A stretch of DNA of 64,000 nucleotides from a virus: positions 65,970 to 129,969 of IMG/VR virus record IMGVR_UViG_3300027850_000003, one strand, 5' to 3'. Positions 1-10,413 of the stretch are shown here, in pieces. The position numbers and the translations under genes are program-made. Position 1 is the first letter of the stretch, and every line of letters starts with the position of its first letter. A model generated the notes under the pieces. It was given only the letters and a program-made list of their open reading frames with translations, did no database searches and was not told the origin of the DNA.

Positions 1-642
1 TCGAATAAATATTTTAAGGAATATCAGAATACTCCTCCTTATGAGCAATATATCTTAGCAGCAGATTTAGCTGAATCAGTACAAGATGATGCGTGCTTTA
101 CTGGATTAGTAGTTTTTGGTATTTATGCGGGTAAATATTATGTAGTAGATGTAGTAGAGAAAAGATTAGGTTTTGATGATCAAATATTAGAAGTTAAAAA
201 TCTCTTAGCTAAGTACCCTATCTCTTATAAGTTGATAGAAAAAAAGAGTATGGGAGCAGCACTTATCAATGTCTTGTCTAGAGAGATTCCTGGTATTATA
301 GCTCTTGAACCTAGAGACTATGGGAATGAGAAAGAAAACAGATTGAAAGCTACTCTTCCTGCATTTATGGCTGGAAAGATATATTTCCCTACTAAAGAGT
401 CCTGTGAAAAAATTGAAACTCTTAAAGACCAAATAGTTACTTACCCTCTTACTAGATATGATGATATTATGGATGCCTTCTGTTATGGAGTCTTATGGTT
501 AGAAAGAAATAATAAAGTAATTTTAACTGAAGAAACAGTGGTTATTGTACCTGAACATATAAAACAAAGGAGAAATATCTTTGATGATACTCCTCCTAAT
601 AGTGTGTTTGGTTCAGTTAATAGTAGTAGATTTAGGTTTTAA
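1..642 (+). CDS. terL: Terminase large subunit, C-terminal nuclease domain (5'-truncated)
   Basis: Frame is open from base 1 (SNKYFKEY..ILAADLA..IEKKSMG..YPLTRYDDIMDA). The acidic motifs match the terminase RNase H-like domain. The ORF track shows only 232..642. Confidence 0.85.
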   Translation, partial: SNKYFKEYQNTPPYEQYILAADLAESVQDDACFTGLVVFGIYAGKYYVVDVVEKRLGFDDQILEVKNLLAKYPISYKLIEKKSMGAALINVLSREIPGIIALEPRDYGNEKENRLKATLPAFMAGKIYFPTKESCEKIETLKDQIVTYPLTRYDDIMDAFCYGVLWLERNNKVILTEETVVIVPEHIKQRRNIFDDTPPNSVFGSVNSSRFRF

Positions 643-977
643 GACTCAGATAAGAATGAGTAACCTCTAGTAGCAAATCGTTTCTTTACAGCACTATTAA
701 GAGCTAGACGAGGACGATTATATCCTTTAACTGGAAGAGTAGTATTTCTACCAATATCTCTCCGTACTGTATCTGGAATAGTTTTAAACTCAATTACCCC
801 TAGAGGAGTTGTTACCTCTTTACCTTCCTCTAAAAATTTAATAATAGCTTCAAAGTTAATATCAAATAGTTTAGTAAGAAGAGCTTGAGATAAAAGAGTA
901 TCAGTTTCTTCTCTTAGTTGAGATTGAATTTCGAGAATTAAGTCTTTCTTAGTGACTTTAGGAAAATTAGCAGACAT
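639..977 (-). CDS. HU/IHF-like DNA-binding protein
   Basis: EGKEVTTPLGVIEF..RRDIGRNTTLPV..RPRL pattern of the HU/IHF arm; 112 aa. Confidence 0.8.
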   Translation of the reverse strand: MSANFPKVTKKDLILEIQSQLREETDTLLSQALLTKLFDINFEAIIKFLEEGKEVTTPLGVIEFKTIPDTVRRDIGRNTTLPVKGYNRPRLALNSAVKKRFATRGYSFLSES

Positions 978-1032
978 ATATTTATGTTATATTCATTACA
1001 GTATTGATTAATTATAGTATAAGAGTTTTAAT

Positions 1033-3816
1033 ATGACAACTAGATTGAAGAAAAAAAATAATAAAAGTAGTCTTAGTAGAGATTATGTTGAGAAGTTTGT
1101 CAGTAATGTAGAGAGTAAACTAAGTAACTTTAATACTCAATTTCTAACACCTTATAAAGAAAAACTAGATAAATTAGATTTATCCGTTATAAAAGATATC
1201 GAGAAAGATTTTAAATTACCTACATTACTTATTAAAAATGCTGTAGATGACTTATGGAATTACCATTGGGTGTTAGGTCAAAAAGATGTTCTAAGTAGTG
1301 AAAAAAATAAGGTTAGTAATTATAGTGGAAATTTAAACCTTACTACTTTTGCTCAGACTAAAGGAGAACTAATAGTTGAAAAAAAACAGTTACAAGAGTC
1401 TAATAAAAGAATTAAACGGATTCAAAGAGAGCTTAGAAAAGAGTTAAGTAGTGATAGTAGAAATCAAAATAATATTGATGGATTAGTAAGTAGATTAAAA
1501 AAGGAAAGTAGTTTACTAGAAAAAATATTAGGAAATATTAGAAGTAATGGTACAGAAAAACAGTTAGCATTTAATGAGGTACGAATTAGAGATTTACAAG
1601 AAACTATTAGAGTCTTAGAGTTAGAAGCTTATGAGGATAAAAATAATACTAATGTTACTACTGGTATTGATATCTTAAATTCTAGTGAGTTCGGTACTAT
1701 TTATATAAATAAAAGGACTCTACTCTTAAGTCAAAATTATTCTAGCTCATATAAGAATAAAGTAATTAAAAAAATACAAAACTACTTTGATACGACTACT
1801 GATGGAAAAAGGTATAAAAATAGAGAGCAAACGTTATTTGATTCACTAACTACTAAAGGTGATTCAGTTACAGATATTAATCGTGTTAAACAAATAGTAA
1901 ATACAGAGATATCACTAGCTTATAATTTAGGGAGATTAAAGAAGCTACAAGAGTTAGGGTATACAAGAGTAAAAGTCACTAATGAAAGAGAAAATACTAT
2001 TAATAGAGTAATAGCTCTTAGTCGATTTAATGGAAAATTATGGAAAGTATATAAGCAGCCTGATAAAGAAAAGTTGATGCCTTTATTATGTAATTTTTGT
2101 GCAGAGATGGATGGAAGAGAATTTAATATCAACACTATCTATGAAGGTAAAGTAAATACTCAATTTCATAATAGATATTCTAGAGTACCTCCTTTTCATG
2201 TATCTTGTTGGTGCTATTTTGTAGGAGTAGATGATCGTGATAAGAAAGATTCTATACTACCTGTACCTCAATCTCAGATTAATGATGCTCTTCTATTATC
2301 CAGTATAGGTTTAACATCGGTAGTTGGAGCTTATTTAGCTTTTAATAAATTTGGTGGTAATAAAGTAAAACTTTCAGAAGTTCTTAAAAAGACTAAAGAG
2401 GTAGTTAAAGAAACAGCGGAAAAAGCGTTAGTTAAAGTACAAAGTATTCCTAAAAAGACAAAAAGTGTAGTAGATAATCTATTAGATAGACCAAAAGCAA
2501 ATATTCCCTTAAGACAACTACAAGAAGTTAATAAGATTACTGATGAAGTATTTGATGCTGTAGGGCTAGATACTAAACAATTACTAATGATACCTTTAAA
2601 CCTTCCTAGCAAACAACCAGAGTTAGTAGAAGAAATGGTAGTAAATAACATAGATGAAGTAGTATCTAATACACCTTATAAGACTTTAAACGTAGCTCCT
2701 AAGACTTTTAATACTGTAATAGAAGAAATACCTAATTATGTTCAATCTCTTCAACCAATTATTAAAGCTAGGGAGGACTACTACAGGTTAAGAAATATTA
2801 TTTATGATACTTCCGTCGCACTAGAGACAAGACAATCTTTGTATAACACTTATATTACCTCCAGGACTAACTATGACTCTCTTATTACTAAGCATTTATC
2901 AGATACCCGTAATTTAAAAAATACAGTTAATAGTGTACAATCTCAAATATCAGTAGATGCTAATAGACAACTCTTAGCTAATAGAGGTAGCCTTCCTAAT
3001 AATTTAACTTTAAAAGATGCTCTTAATAGTATGAGAAGTAGAAAAGCTTTAACCTTTACTGATAATCAATTAAAAACTATAAGAGATAATTTAACCTTAG
3101 AACGTAGACAGTTAAGAGAAAAGATAGGAGTAGAAAGTAAAGTATTAGACTCTGTATTAGATGGGGTAGACACTCAACAAAAAGTAGTAGAGCTTAAAAA
3201 TGTCTCAAGTAATATTAGTGAAACTACTGCTTCTTATGTAGCTAAACCTAAGACTTTAGACAAAATAATAACTAATATAGATTCAATTAAAAAAGAACTA
3301 AATAATATTAATACTACTAAAGACACTATTCGTTCTCTTAGTACCTCTAGAATTAGAGGTGGAAATTCAATAGATAGACAATTACTAATAGATACTCAAG
3401 AAACTTATATTAAAAAGGTAATAGAGCAACAGAAAATATTAGCTAAAGAGTTAGAAAAACTTCCTGATGATATAGATAAAATAGATAATTTTGTTAACCT
3501 ATATAGGTCAGAGATAATAGATAAAGCTAAAACTAATTACCCTTATAGTAAAAATACTTGGAGTAATAATGAGCTTTCTAGTTTAGATAAACAGTATAAA
3601 AAGGCTAGTGATTTAATAACTACTCGTAATACTTACCAATCCTACTTAGATGAAACTGAAGATATGTTAGCTAAGTTAAGTAATTTTGAAACTACTATAG
3701 TAGATAATACAATCAAATTTTCTGATAATTATTCTAATGATATTATTATAAATAGAGATGTACTTAAAAAAATCTCTAAATTACCCAGTATAAAAGATAT
3801 AGTATTTAATACATAA
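1033..3816 (+). CDS. MuF/gpF-like minor head protein with hydrophobic helix and long coiled-coil extension
   Basis: IVNTEISLAYNLG, CNFCAEMDG and PPFHVSCWC MuF motifs, then ALLLSSIGLTSVVGAYLAF. Confidence 0.8.
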   Translation: MTTRLKKKNNKSSLSRDYVEKFVSNVESKLSNFNTQFLTPYKEKLDKLDLSVIKDIEKDFKLPTLLIKNAVDDLWNYHWVLGQKDVLSSEKNKVSNYSGNLNLTTFAQTKGELIVEKKQLQESNKRIKRIQRELRKELSSDSRNQNNIDGLVSRLKKESSLLEKILGNIRSNGTEKQLAFNEVRIRDLQETIRVLELEAYEDKNNTNVTTGIDILNSSEFGTIYINKRTLLLSQNYSSSYKNKVIKKIQNYFDTTTDGKRYKNREQTLFDSLTTKGDSVTDINRVKQIVNTEISLAYNLGRLKKLQELGYTRVKVTNERENTINRVIALSRFNGKLWKVYKQPDKEKLMPLLCNFCAEMDGREFNINTIYEGKVNTQFHNRYSRVPPFHVSCWCYFVGVDDRDKKDSILPVPQSQINDALLLSSIGLTSVVGAYLAFNKFGGNKVKLSEVLKKTKEVVKETAEKALVKVQSIPKKTKSVVDNLLDRPKANIPLRQLQEVNKITDEVFDAVGLDTKQLLMIPLNLPSKQPELVEEMVVNNIDEVVSNTPYKTLNVAPKTFNTVIEEIPNYVQSLQPIIKAREDYYRLRNIIYDTSVALETRQSLYNTYITSRTNYDSLITKHLSDTRNLKNTVNSVQSQISVDANRQLLANRGSLPNNLTLKDALNSMRSRKALTFTDNQLKTIRDNLTLERRQLREKIGVESKVLDSVLDGVDTQQKVVELKNVSSNISETTASYVAKPKTLDKIITNIDSIKKELNNINTTKDTIRSLSTSRIRGGNSIDRQLLIDTQETYIKKVIEQQKILAKELEKLPDDIDKIDNFVNLYRSEIIDKAKTNYPYSKNTWSNNELSSLDKQYKKASDLITTRNTYQSYLDETEDMLAKLSNFETTIVDNTIKFSDNYSNDIIINRDVLKKISKLPSIKDIVFNT

Positions 3817-3820
3817 ATAA

Positions 3821-4915
3821 ATGAAAGATTATAGGTTTATCACTTTTGCAGGGGAAGTTCAACCCTCTAAGAAAAGTAAGAAAGATGTTAAGGTTAAAGG
3901 TTATGTTAGAAACGGTAAATTTGTTCAATCTTTTCAACGTAAACAATTGCTAAATGATGAGAATAAAGAGTTAGCTAAAAAAGTAGCTATAGGTAGTTTA
4001 ATTACATTAGGAGGAGTCTTAGGGCTTGGCTTGGCTGGAGCTGCTGTAGTTAAGCTCAGATATAATCGTAATTTAATTAAATTTGGTCAACAGATAAAAG
4101 CAAACAAGCTTCCAATGGATATGAAAGCTCCTAAAAAAAATTATGTAGCACCTTATAATATAGGAGATAAGGATTCTATGGATTTTTTTATTGGCCCGCT
4201 AAGTGCTAAAGGGGATTCTGGTGGAGCAGCGTTAATGGTACTTACTAAAAAAGCCTTAAAAAAGACCAAATTAAAAGACCAACATGAGTTAATACCTTTA
4301 ATTCACAATTATCAAGTGTCAGGAAATGATGAGTTTCAGCTTTACACTTCTGCTATTGATGCTACTAGAAAAGCGGTAGCAGATGGATATAACATGGACT
4401 CAGTTTTGATGTCTAAAGAAATATTTAAATGGCATACTTTAAACCCTACTAAACCGATTAAATTAATTACTCATAGTGCCGGAGGTTTTCAAAGTAGAGA
4501 TGTTCCTCATATTTTAAAAGCTGCTGGAGTGCCACCTAAACTAATGAAGGTATTCTCTATGGGAAGTCCTGATTTTGGTTTAGTGGATGATATAGTTCCT
4601 GCAAGTCGTATTATGAATAGTGATGACCTATATACTAATAAACTTAAAACACTAACAAATAAATCTAAAGTATCTTTACCTTCACTAAATAGAAATACTA
4701 CTTATATAGGTAATGGGTATACTCCTGCTTTTGAAAAAATAAGGTATACTAAAGCTCTTAAAGAAGCTGACCAAACAGGATATTATGGAGATGTAGATTT
4801 ACCAAAAAATCAACAAAGAGCAGTAGCTCACTCTTTAGGAGCTTATATGAATGGAGAAACTGTTACGTCTAAAAAGAATTTAGATTTATTAAAAAATTTC
4901 TTAGCTATAGATTAA
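3821..4915 (+). CDS. Basic leader + TM helix + alpha/beta-hydrolase (lipase-like) domain
   Basis: LITHSAGG nucleophile elbow, downstream DD and AHSL; hydrophobic IGSLITLGGVLGLGLAGAAVV. Confidence 0.6.
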   Translation: MKDYRFITFAGEVQPSKKSKKDVKVKGYVRNGKFVQSFQRKQLLNDENKELAKKVAIGSLITLGGVLGLGLAGAAVVKLRYNRNLIKFGQQIKANKLPMDMKAPKKNYVAPYNIGDKDSMDFFIGPLSAKGDSGGAALMVLTKKALKKTKLKDQHELIPLIHNYQVSGNDEFQLYTSAIDATRKAVADGYNMDSVLMSKEIFKWHTLNPTKPIKLITHSAGGFQSRDVPHILKAAGVPPKLMKVFSMGSPDFGLVDDIVPASRIMNSDDLYTNKLKTLTNKSKVSLPSLNRNTTYIGNGYTPAFEKIRYTKALKEADQTGYYGDVDLPKNQQRAVAHSLGAYMNGETVTSKKNLDLLKNFLAID

Positions 4916-5111
4916 AATCTATTAAATTGAGTAGACTATTAATATAAGCAAATTTACTAATAGTAATATCTCTTTTCCCATTTTCTATTTTGGAGATTTC
5001 TGCTTGAGTATATGAAAGTAATTTACCTAGTGCAAATTGAGATATATTGTTTTTACATCTATACTCCTTTAATTTATTTCCAAATCTTTTGTTAATACTT
5101 AAATAATCCAT
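4905..5111 (-). CDS. XRE/Cro-family HTH regulator
   Basis: ISQFALGKLLSYTQAEISKIENG. Confidence 0.85.
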   Translation of the reverse strand: MDYLSINKRFGNKLKEYRCKNNISQFALGKLLSYTQAEISKIENGKRDITISKFAYINSLLNLIDFNL

Positions 5112-5178
5112 TATTCCCTATAGGAATTACTAAACTCTAAAAATATACTAACATAAAAATAGGTGATATAAATTAGAT

Positions 5179-6480
5179 ATGACGATTATACATTTTAATA
5201 CTCTTCCTACTCCATTACAAGAAGTAGAGAATAGTGACCCAAATTCGTTAACTAAAGAAGGTTTAATATTTTACTCAACACTAGAGAACAGTCCTCACGT
5301 TGATAGTAGAAAAGTGTCTCATGACTTCTCTCCTGATAAAATTTACAGGTTAGTTGCTAATACTAATAAACATTTTGATATATCAGAAGTAGGTATTCCA
5401 GTATTAACTGAACATAAAAAAGATGTTAATAATGTAGTAGGGTTTATTGAGTCCCCAGTAGAAGCTAGAATTATTGATGAAGTTTATACTAAAGGTAATC
5501 CTAAGTTAAAACATTTATTAGGAAGAGTCGGAGTATTCGTAAAAGATGTAGTTATCAAAACTCCTGAAATTATTGATAGAATGAAAAGAGGATTAGCTAA
5601 AACAGTAAGTGCTGGAATAGATTTAGATTCTTTCTCTATTAAAGAATTATCCTTAGTTGCTCTTCCTGCAATACCAAATGCTACTTTATTTAGCTATCAT
5701 GGAAACAAATCAATTCCTAATATGAAAAAAGTAAAAAATAAAAATTTATTAGTAGCTAAAGGATATAATGAAAGTAATTATGCTCTATCTATTGATGAAG
5801 CTCTAAATGCTGCTCAAACAACAGAGCAACAACGAGAAGAGGCTCAGAAAGTATTTGACGCTTTTCTTGAAGTGATTGAGGATGCTAATGAAATTGATGA
5901 AGAAGAGATGAGTTCAATGGGAATTCAAGATCCTTCTGAAATTATTCAATCTGCTATTGATGATTTGAGTAGTAGATTAGGAGATATGTTTTTAGGAGGT
6001 ATGGTTGACGATCAACAACAATATCCTCCTCAGCAACAGCCTCAATCTCAACCTCCAACTAGACCACCTGCTAGAGGTAAATTCAACTCTCCTAGTGATA
6101 TAGCAATGTTTTACACTGGACAAGGCTACACAGCAGAATTCGGTTATCGTCAAGCTATTACTGGGGCATTTAAACAGCTTCGTAATAGAAATCTAACTGG
6201 TCAATCTGTAGGTCAAATAGGAAGTAAGTTTGCTAGTAAAATAGGAAACGCTACTAGAGGTAAATTTGCAAGTATTGGTAGAGGGTTTACTAAAGCTAGT
6301 AGAGCTATTACTGGAGGGGCAAGAATAAAAGAATTAGCTCCTAAACTAACTAATAATCAAGTAAATAAACAAATGAATCAAGTTGATAAATTCGGTAGAG
6401 GAAGCACTAATCCAAAACCACTACCAAGACCTATGAATCCTGCACTTTCTAGACCTAACCGAAAACCTAAAGTAGTATAA
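5179..6480 (+). CDS. Prohead protease with acidic and basic C-terminal extension
   Basis: VLTEH, TVSAG and ELSLVALPA motifs of HK97/Mu-type proteases; position before scaffold and capsid. Confidence 0.75.
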   Translation: MTIIHFNTLPTPLQEVENSDPNSLTKEGLIFYSTLENSPHVDSRKVSHDFSPDKIYRLVANTNKHFDISEVGIPVLTEHKKDVNNVVGFIESPVEARIIDEVYTKGNPKLKHLLGRVGVFVKDVVIKTPEIIDRMKRGLAKTVSAGIDLDSFSIKELSLVALPAIPNATLFSYHGNKSIPNMKKVKNKNLLVAKGYNESNYALSIDEALNAAQTTEQQREEAQKVFDAFLEVIEDANEIDEEEMSSMGIQDPSEIIQSAIDDLSSRLGDMFLGGMVDDQQQYPPQQQPQSQPPTRPPARGKFNSPSDIAMFYTGQGYTAEFGYRQAITGAFKQLRNRNLTGQSVGQIGSKFASKIGNATRGKFASIGRGFTKASRAITGGARIKELAPKLTNNQVNKQMNQVDKFGRGSTNPKPLPRPMNPALSRPNRKPKVV

Positions 6481-6505
6481 AACTATAATATAAAAAATAA
6501 CAATT

Positions 6506-7114
6506 ATGAAATTCATGAATTCTAACTACGGCAATGACGGATACAATTACGCTAATTTTCAAAGAGTTTCCGCTGGGCAAGCTGCTAGAAAAGTTGTAAA
6601 GGAAAGAAAAACTGTAGAGAGGGGATTAGAGATGAAAAAATCTGGTCAGATTGCTACTCCTGGGTCATCCTTCAACTCTAAAAATCCTGCTATGGGTAGA
6701 GGAGATTTTGCTCCTAGTGCGTTCCCTAATGAAGTTGGCCCTCAACCTCTTTATGGCCCTCGCGCTCAAAGTAAAGCATTAAAAGGTACTTTATCTAGGC
6801 CTCAGATAAGAGAGCCGGGTGTAGGAAGAAATGTTAGGTCTACTGCTGCTGGAGCAAATCAAAGAGCTAGAGACACTTTTAAAACACAGGGGAAAGCTGG
6901 AAAAAAAGTTAAATCTGCAATTGCTGGAGCTAAACAATCTGGTAGAGATGCAGTTTATGCTGGTAAAAAAGGTCTTAAAGCAGCCGGACGTTTTGCTATG
7001 AGAAATAAGGTAGGAGTAGGTCTAGCTGCTGCTGGTGCTTTGGGAGCGGTTGGGTATGGTGTCTACCGTAAGACTCGCTCAGATAAAGGTAGAAAACGTG
7101 GAAGCAATGATTAA
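6506..7114 (+). CDS. Basic Gly/Ala-rich putative virion protein
   Basis: NYANF leader, C-terminal GVGLAAAGALGAVGYGVY, RSDKGRKR. Confidence 0.65.
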   Translation: MKFMNSNYGNDGYNYANFQRVSAGQAARKVVKERKTVERGLEMKKSGQIATPGSSFNSKNPAMGRGDFAPSAFPNEVGPQPLYGPRAQSKALKGTLSRPQIREPGVGRNVRSTAAGANQRARDTFKTQGKAGKKVKSAIAGAKQSGRDAVYAGKKGLKAAGRFAMRNKVGVGLAAAGALGAVGYGVYRKTRSDKGRKRGSND

Positions 7115-7334
7115 GCCAAAACTATTAAATTTAGCTCGTGGGGCTGCTGCTGGGTCTGCTTTAGGTTATGGTGCAAGCTATTTAGCTGGAGAACCGGATG
7201 TAAAAGTTCCTGTTCTTTCTAAAGGAAAATTAAAAAAGAATCCTAGTAAAAAAGGTATGACAGTACAAAGAGCAGCTATTTTAGCAGGACTTGGGGCTGG
7301 TGGAGCTTATGGACTACTTAAAAAGGTAAAGTAA
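7107..7334 (+). CDS. Small protein with two Gly-rich hydrophobic helices
   Basis: ATG at 7107 overlaps the previous stop; its stop overlaps the next ATG (TAATG). Confidence 0.6.
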   Translation: MIKPKLLNLARGAAAGSALGYGASYLAGEPDVKVPVLSKGKLKKNPSKKGMTVQRAAILAGLGAGGAYGLLKKVK

Positions 7335-8365
7335 TGACTACAATTAAACAACTTGAAAGAGAGTACACCGAACTTTACAGTGATACTGTTGAATCTTTAG
7401 AACAAGCTTATGAATCTCAAGAAATAGATGAAGAAGAATTTATTTCTCTTAAGACTCAAACTTTAGCTGAACTAGAAGAAGCATTAGCAGAACTTAGAGG
7501 ACTAACTCTAGAAGATTTAGAAAACTATAATGAAGATGATACAGAAGAATATTCTATGAATAATAACTACGCAAATTTTAGTACGGCAAGCACATATTTA
7601 GTTCCAGCAGTTATGGGTCTAATTGATAGTCATTATGAAGATCGAGATGAGGCTTTTTATGACATTATGGATTCTACTGGGATTGATGAAGAAGACTTAG
7701 AAGGGTTCTTGACTGGTCAACTTGAAGCTACTCCTGACTTCATTGATATCTTAAGTGGAATGTTTGAGGAAACCGCCACAGATATCGACTCTGCTCTTGG
7801 TCTTCAAATGATGGGAGCTTTGGATCGTGGGGATACTACAGAAGAAGAACTGGAAGAATCTGATTACGAAGATGACGAGGATGAGGATGATGAGTATTAT
7901 TATGAGGATGATGTTGAGGAAGAAAGTGATGAAGTAGACGCTGAAGCTGTTTACTCTTATATCGATCCTCGTGTTCAAGAGTTAGAGTCTAAGATGGCCG
8001 ACTTTGAACTAAGTAATGAACTTAAAGAACGTCTTTCTACTATCTCTGACTATGCTCGTCAAGGGATTGATGAACGTTGGTTATCTAAAGCTCAATACGA
8101 CTTACTGATTGGCTCCTTCAACCGAGATGAGGATAGAGTAGCTGCATTCTCTCAAACCGCAGAAGCTAATAACGTAGACCTTTCTACTCAACTTTATGCT
8201 ATTCAATTTGCTCTTAAAGCTGCTGAAAAATGTGGAGATCCTAGAATCAACTTTGGCTCTTATATTAATGAAGCTGAATTTTCAGTTAATAGTGAAGAAG
8301 AAGAATTAGCAAAGCTTCAAGTAGAAAAGATGATTGAAAATCGTTTGTTGTTCAAAAAATACTAA
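7334..8365 (+). CDS. Acidic scaffold-like protein
   Basis: Very D/E-rich and helical; lies between the protease and capsid genes. Confidence 0.6.
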   Translation: MTTIKQLEREYTELYSDTVESLEQAYESQEIDEEEFISLKTQTLAELEEALAELRGLTLEDLENYNEDDTEEYSMNNNYANFSTASTYLVPAVMGLIDSHYEDRDEAFYDIMDSTGIDEEDLEGFLTGQLEATPDFIDILSGMFEETATDIDSALGLQMMGALDRGDTTEEELEESDYEDDEDEDDEYYYEDDVEEESDEVDAEAVYSYIDPRVQELESKMADFELSNELKERLSTISDYARQGIDERWLSKAQYDLLIGSFNRDEDRVAAFSQTAEANNVDLSTQLYAIQFALKAAEKCGDPRINFGSYINEAEFSVNSEEEELAKLQVEKMIENRLLFKKY

Positions 8366-8375
8366 AGAATAAATT

Positions 8376-9212
8376 ATGTTTGCAAGATACGGGTCAACTA
8401 ACTCAGAAAAAGCTATTATTGCTTTCCCAAGAAATGTCAGAGTTCCTTACCATGTTGCAATGACTGGTAGCCATATTTCCCCCAATAAAGAAGGTAGAAA
8501 AGCTCTAGAAGAAGGTCACTTTGTTTCTAAGAAGAATGGAGTTCATCGGTTTCTCCCTCGTTCAAGAGTTACTACTGTTCCTAGTGGAAGTCGATTTAAA
8601 GTAAAGAATCCCTATGTCTTTGTTCAAGGGGATGTACTTCAAATTACTCAACCAGTAGCAGTTCTAGCAGTTACTGGGACAACAGCAGCAGGTATTACTA
8701 TCAATGAGACGAGAACATTTAACTATACTCCTGTAGGGGCAGCTAATGCAACTGAAGCAGCTACTATGATTGCTACATATTTTAACTCTCTACCTGATAT
8801 TAGTAGCACATTAGAACTTATTTCTATGGGGGCAAATATTTATTTTTATTCCCCAGTAAGTATGAGACCTGTAACTTTTACTCCTAGTGGAAGTCTTGGC
8901 ACTACTGTAACTACTACTGTTCTTACTACTACTCCTATTGGAACTCTTCAAGCTATTGATTTAGTAACTGAAGAACTTATCTTAGGAGCTGCTGTTGCTG
9001 GTACTCTTCCTGTTGGTTCAGTAGTAGGAGTTTCACAAGACGAAGTGTTAGGTATTTTCTCTCACTCAGTAGATTATACTTCTGGTGGGATTACTGGTAA
9101 CACTATTGGAGTAATTGATGAGGCTAAAGTTTATAAACTTCACCTACCTCACTGGGATAACTCTCTTACTTATGAATGTCCTAGACTTCATATTAGAGAA
9201 GTGTGGTCTTAA
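8376..9212 (+). CDS. Head decoration/cement protein (putative)
   Basis: T/V/G-rich, directly upstream of the major capsid gene. Confidence 0.55.
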   Translation: MFARYGSTNSEKAIIAFPRNVRVPYHVAMTGSHISPNKEGRKALEEGHFVSKKNGVHRFLPRSRVTTVPSGSRFKVKNPYVFVQGDVLQITQPVAVLAVTGTTAAGITINETRTFNYTPVGAANATEAATMIATYFNSLPDISSTLELISMGANIYFYSPVSMRPVTFTPSGSLGTTVTTTVLTTTPIGTLQAIDLVTEELILGAAVAGTLPVGSVVGVSQDEVLGIFSHSVDYTSGGITGNTIGVIDEAKVYKLHLPHWDNSLTYECPRLHIREVWS

Positions 9213-9246
9213 TAATAAATAATAAAAAGATAAATAATAAAAATAT

Positions 9247-10413
9247 ATGGCATACGTTGCAAGTTTTTTCTCTGAGAGGTTCGTCGCCAAGCAGGTAATG
9301 GCTATGGTTGATGAAACTGAACATCAGTTACTTAAAAGAGGTAAACTGATTGATAAATATTTTCCTACTCAAATGTTTGATGGAAGAGATTTTGTTGGTC
9401 TACTAACTAAGAGAGTCGCCCCTGCTGCATCTATTGTCGCTTATGGTGCTGAAATTCCATTGGTAAGCTTTGGTGGAGTTGAACGAATGGCTGCTACGTT
9501 ATTCAAGCTAGGTACTTCACGTCTATATGATGAAGAAACTCAGTGGAAAATGATGGAAGCACAGAACTTAGCTATCACTAAAGGTATTAAAGTTCAAAAA
9601 GTTTATAATCCTGATGGTACTGTTACTCCTGGTTCAAGTTCAGATTTAGCTACTATTCTATTTGGTCAAGTTAATGATCTTTTAAGAGGTATTACTGATA
9701 GAATGGATCACTTGAAATGGCAAGTGGCTCAAACTGGTGCAGTAGATATGACTGACCCAATTACAGGTATTCCTTTATCTCTTGATTTTAAGAAGGCTGG
9801 AGTTAACTATAATCATTTCCCTACCCCTCTTACTCTAACTGGTAATACTGTAACTCCTACTTTGAATAAGTGGAGTGATTATGTAAATGCTCAGGCTCTT
9901 CAAAATCTCTCTGATGCCTGTGATACTTACTACGATACTAATGGTTATATGCCAGACAAGATTGTAATGAGTCGTAAGTTATGGAAAGATTTCTTACAAC
10001 AAAGAAGCACTCGTGATGCAGCTAGGCAAATGTCTACTGTTGAACTAGGTCTAGTATCTCCTGATATGGGAAGAAAACTACTAGCTATGAGAGACTTACC
10101 AGACGTGGAAGTATTTGAAGAAAAGTATCAAGAACAATTAGCTGATGGTTCAATTGTAGATGTTAACTTCTTGAATAATAATCGTTTTGTATTCCTTAAA
10201 GAAGATATGGGGATTAGTGCAATCGGCCCTACTCTTGAATCTGTTCCTACTATTATTGGAGGTGGTGATGTTCCTATTGAGCCTAAGTCAGGTATTTATG
10301 TAACTACTTATGAGCAAAATAAACATCCTAAGCAAGACGTATCTATGGCAACTGCAACTTTTCTTCCTATCGTAATGAATCCTAAGCAATTATATTCTCA
10401 ACAGGTTAAGTAA
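9247..10413 (+). CDS. Major capsid protein (lambda gpE-like family)
   Basis: 388 aa; APAASIVAYGAEIP, KWSD, GYMPDKIVMS, ATFLPIV motifs; synteny. Confidence 0.85.
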   Translation: MAYVASFFSERFVAKQVMAMVDETEHQLLKRGKLIDKYFPTQMFDGRDFVGLLTKRVAPAASIVAYGAEIPLVSFGGVERMAATLFKLGTSRLYDEETQWKMMEAQNLAITKGIKVQKVYNPDGTVTPGSSSDLATILFGQVNDLLRGITDRMDHLKWQVAQTGAVDMTDPITGIPLSLDFKKAGVNYNHFPTPLTLTGNTVTPTLNKWSDYVNAQALQNLSDACDTYYDTNGYMPDKIVMSRKLWKDFLQQRSTRDAARQMSTVELGLVSPDMGRKLLAMRDLPDVEVFEEKYQEQLADGSIVDVNFLNNNRFVFLKEDMGISAIGPTLESVPTIIGGGDVPIEPKSGIYVTTYEQNKHPKQDVSMATATFLPIVMNPKQLYSQQVK

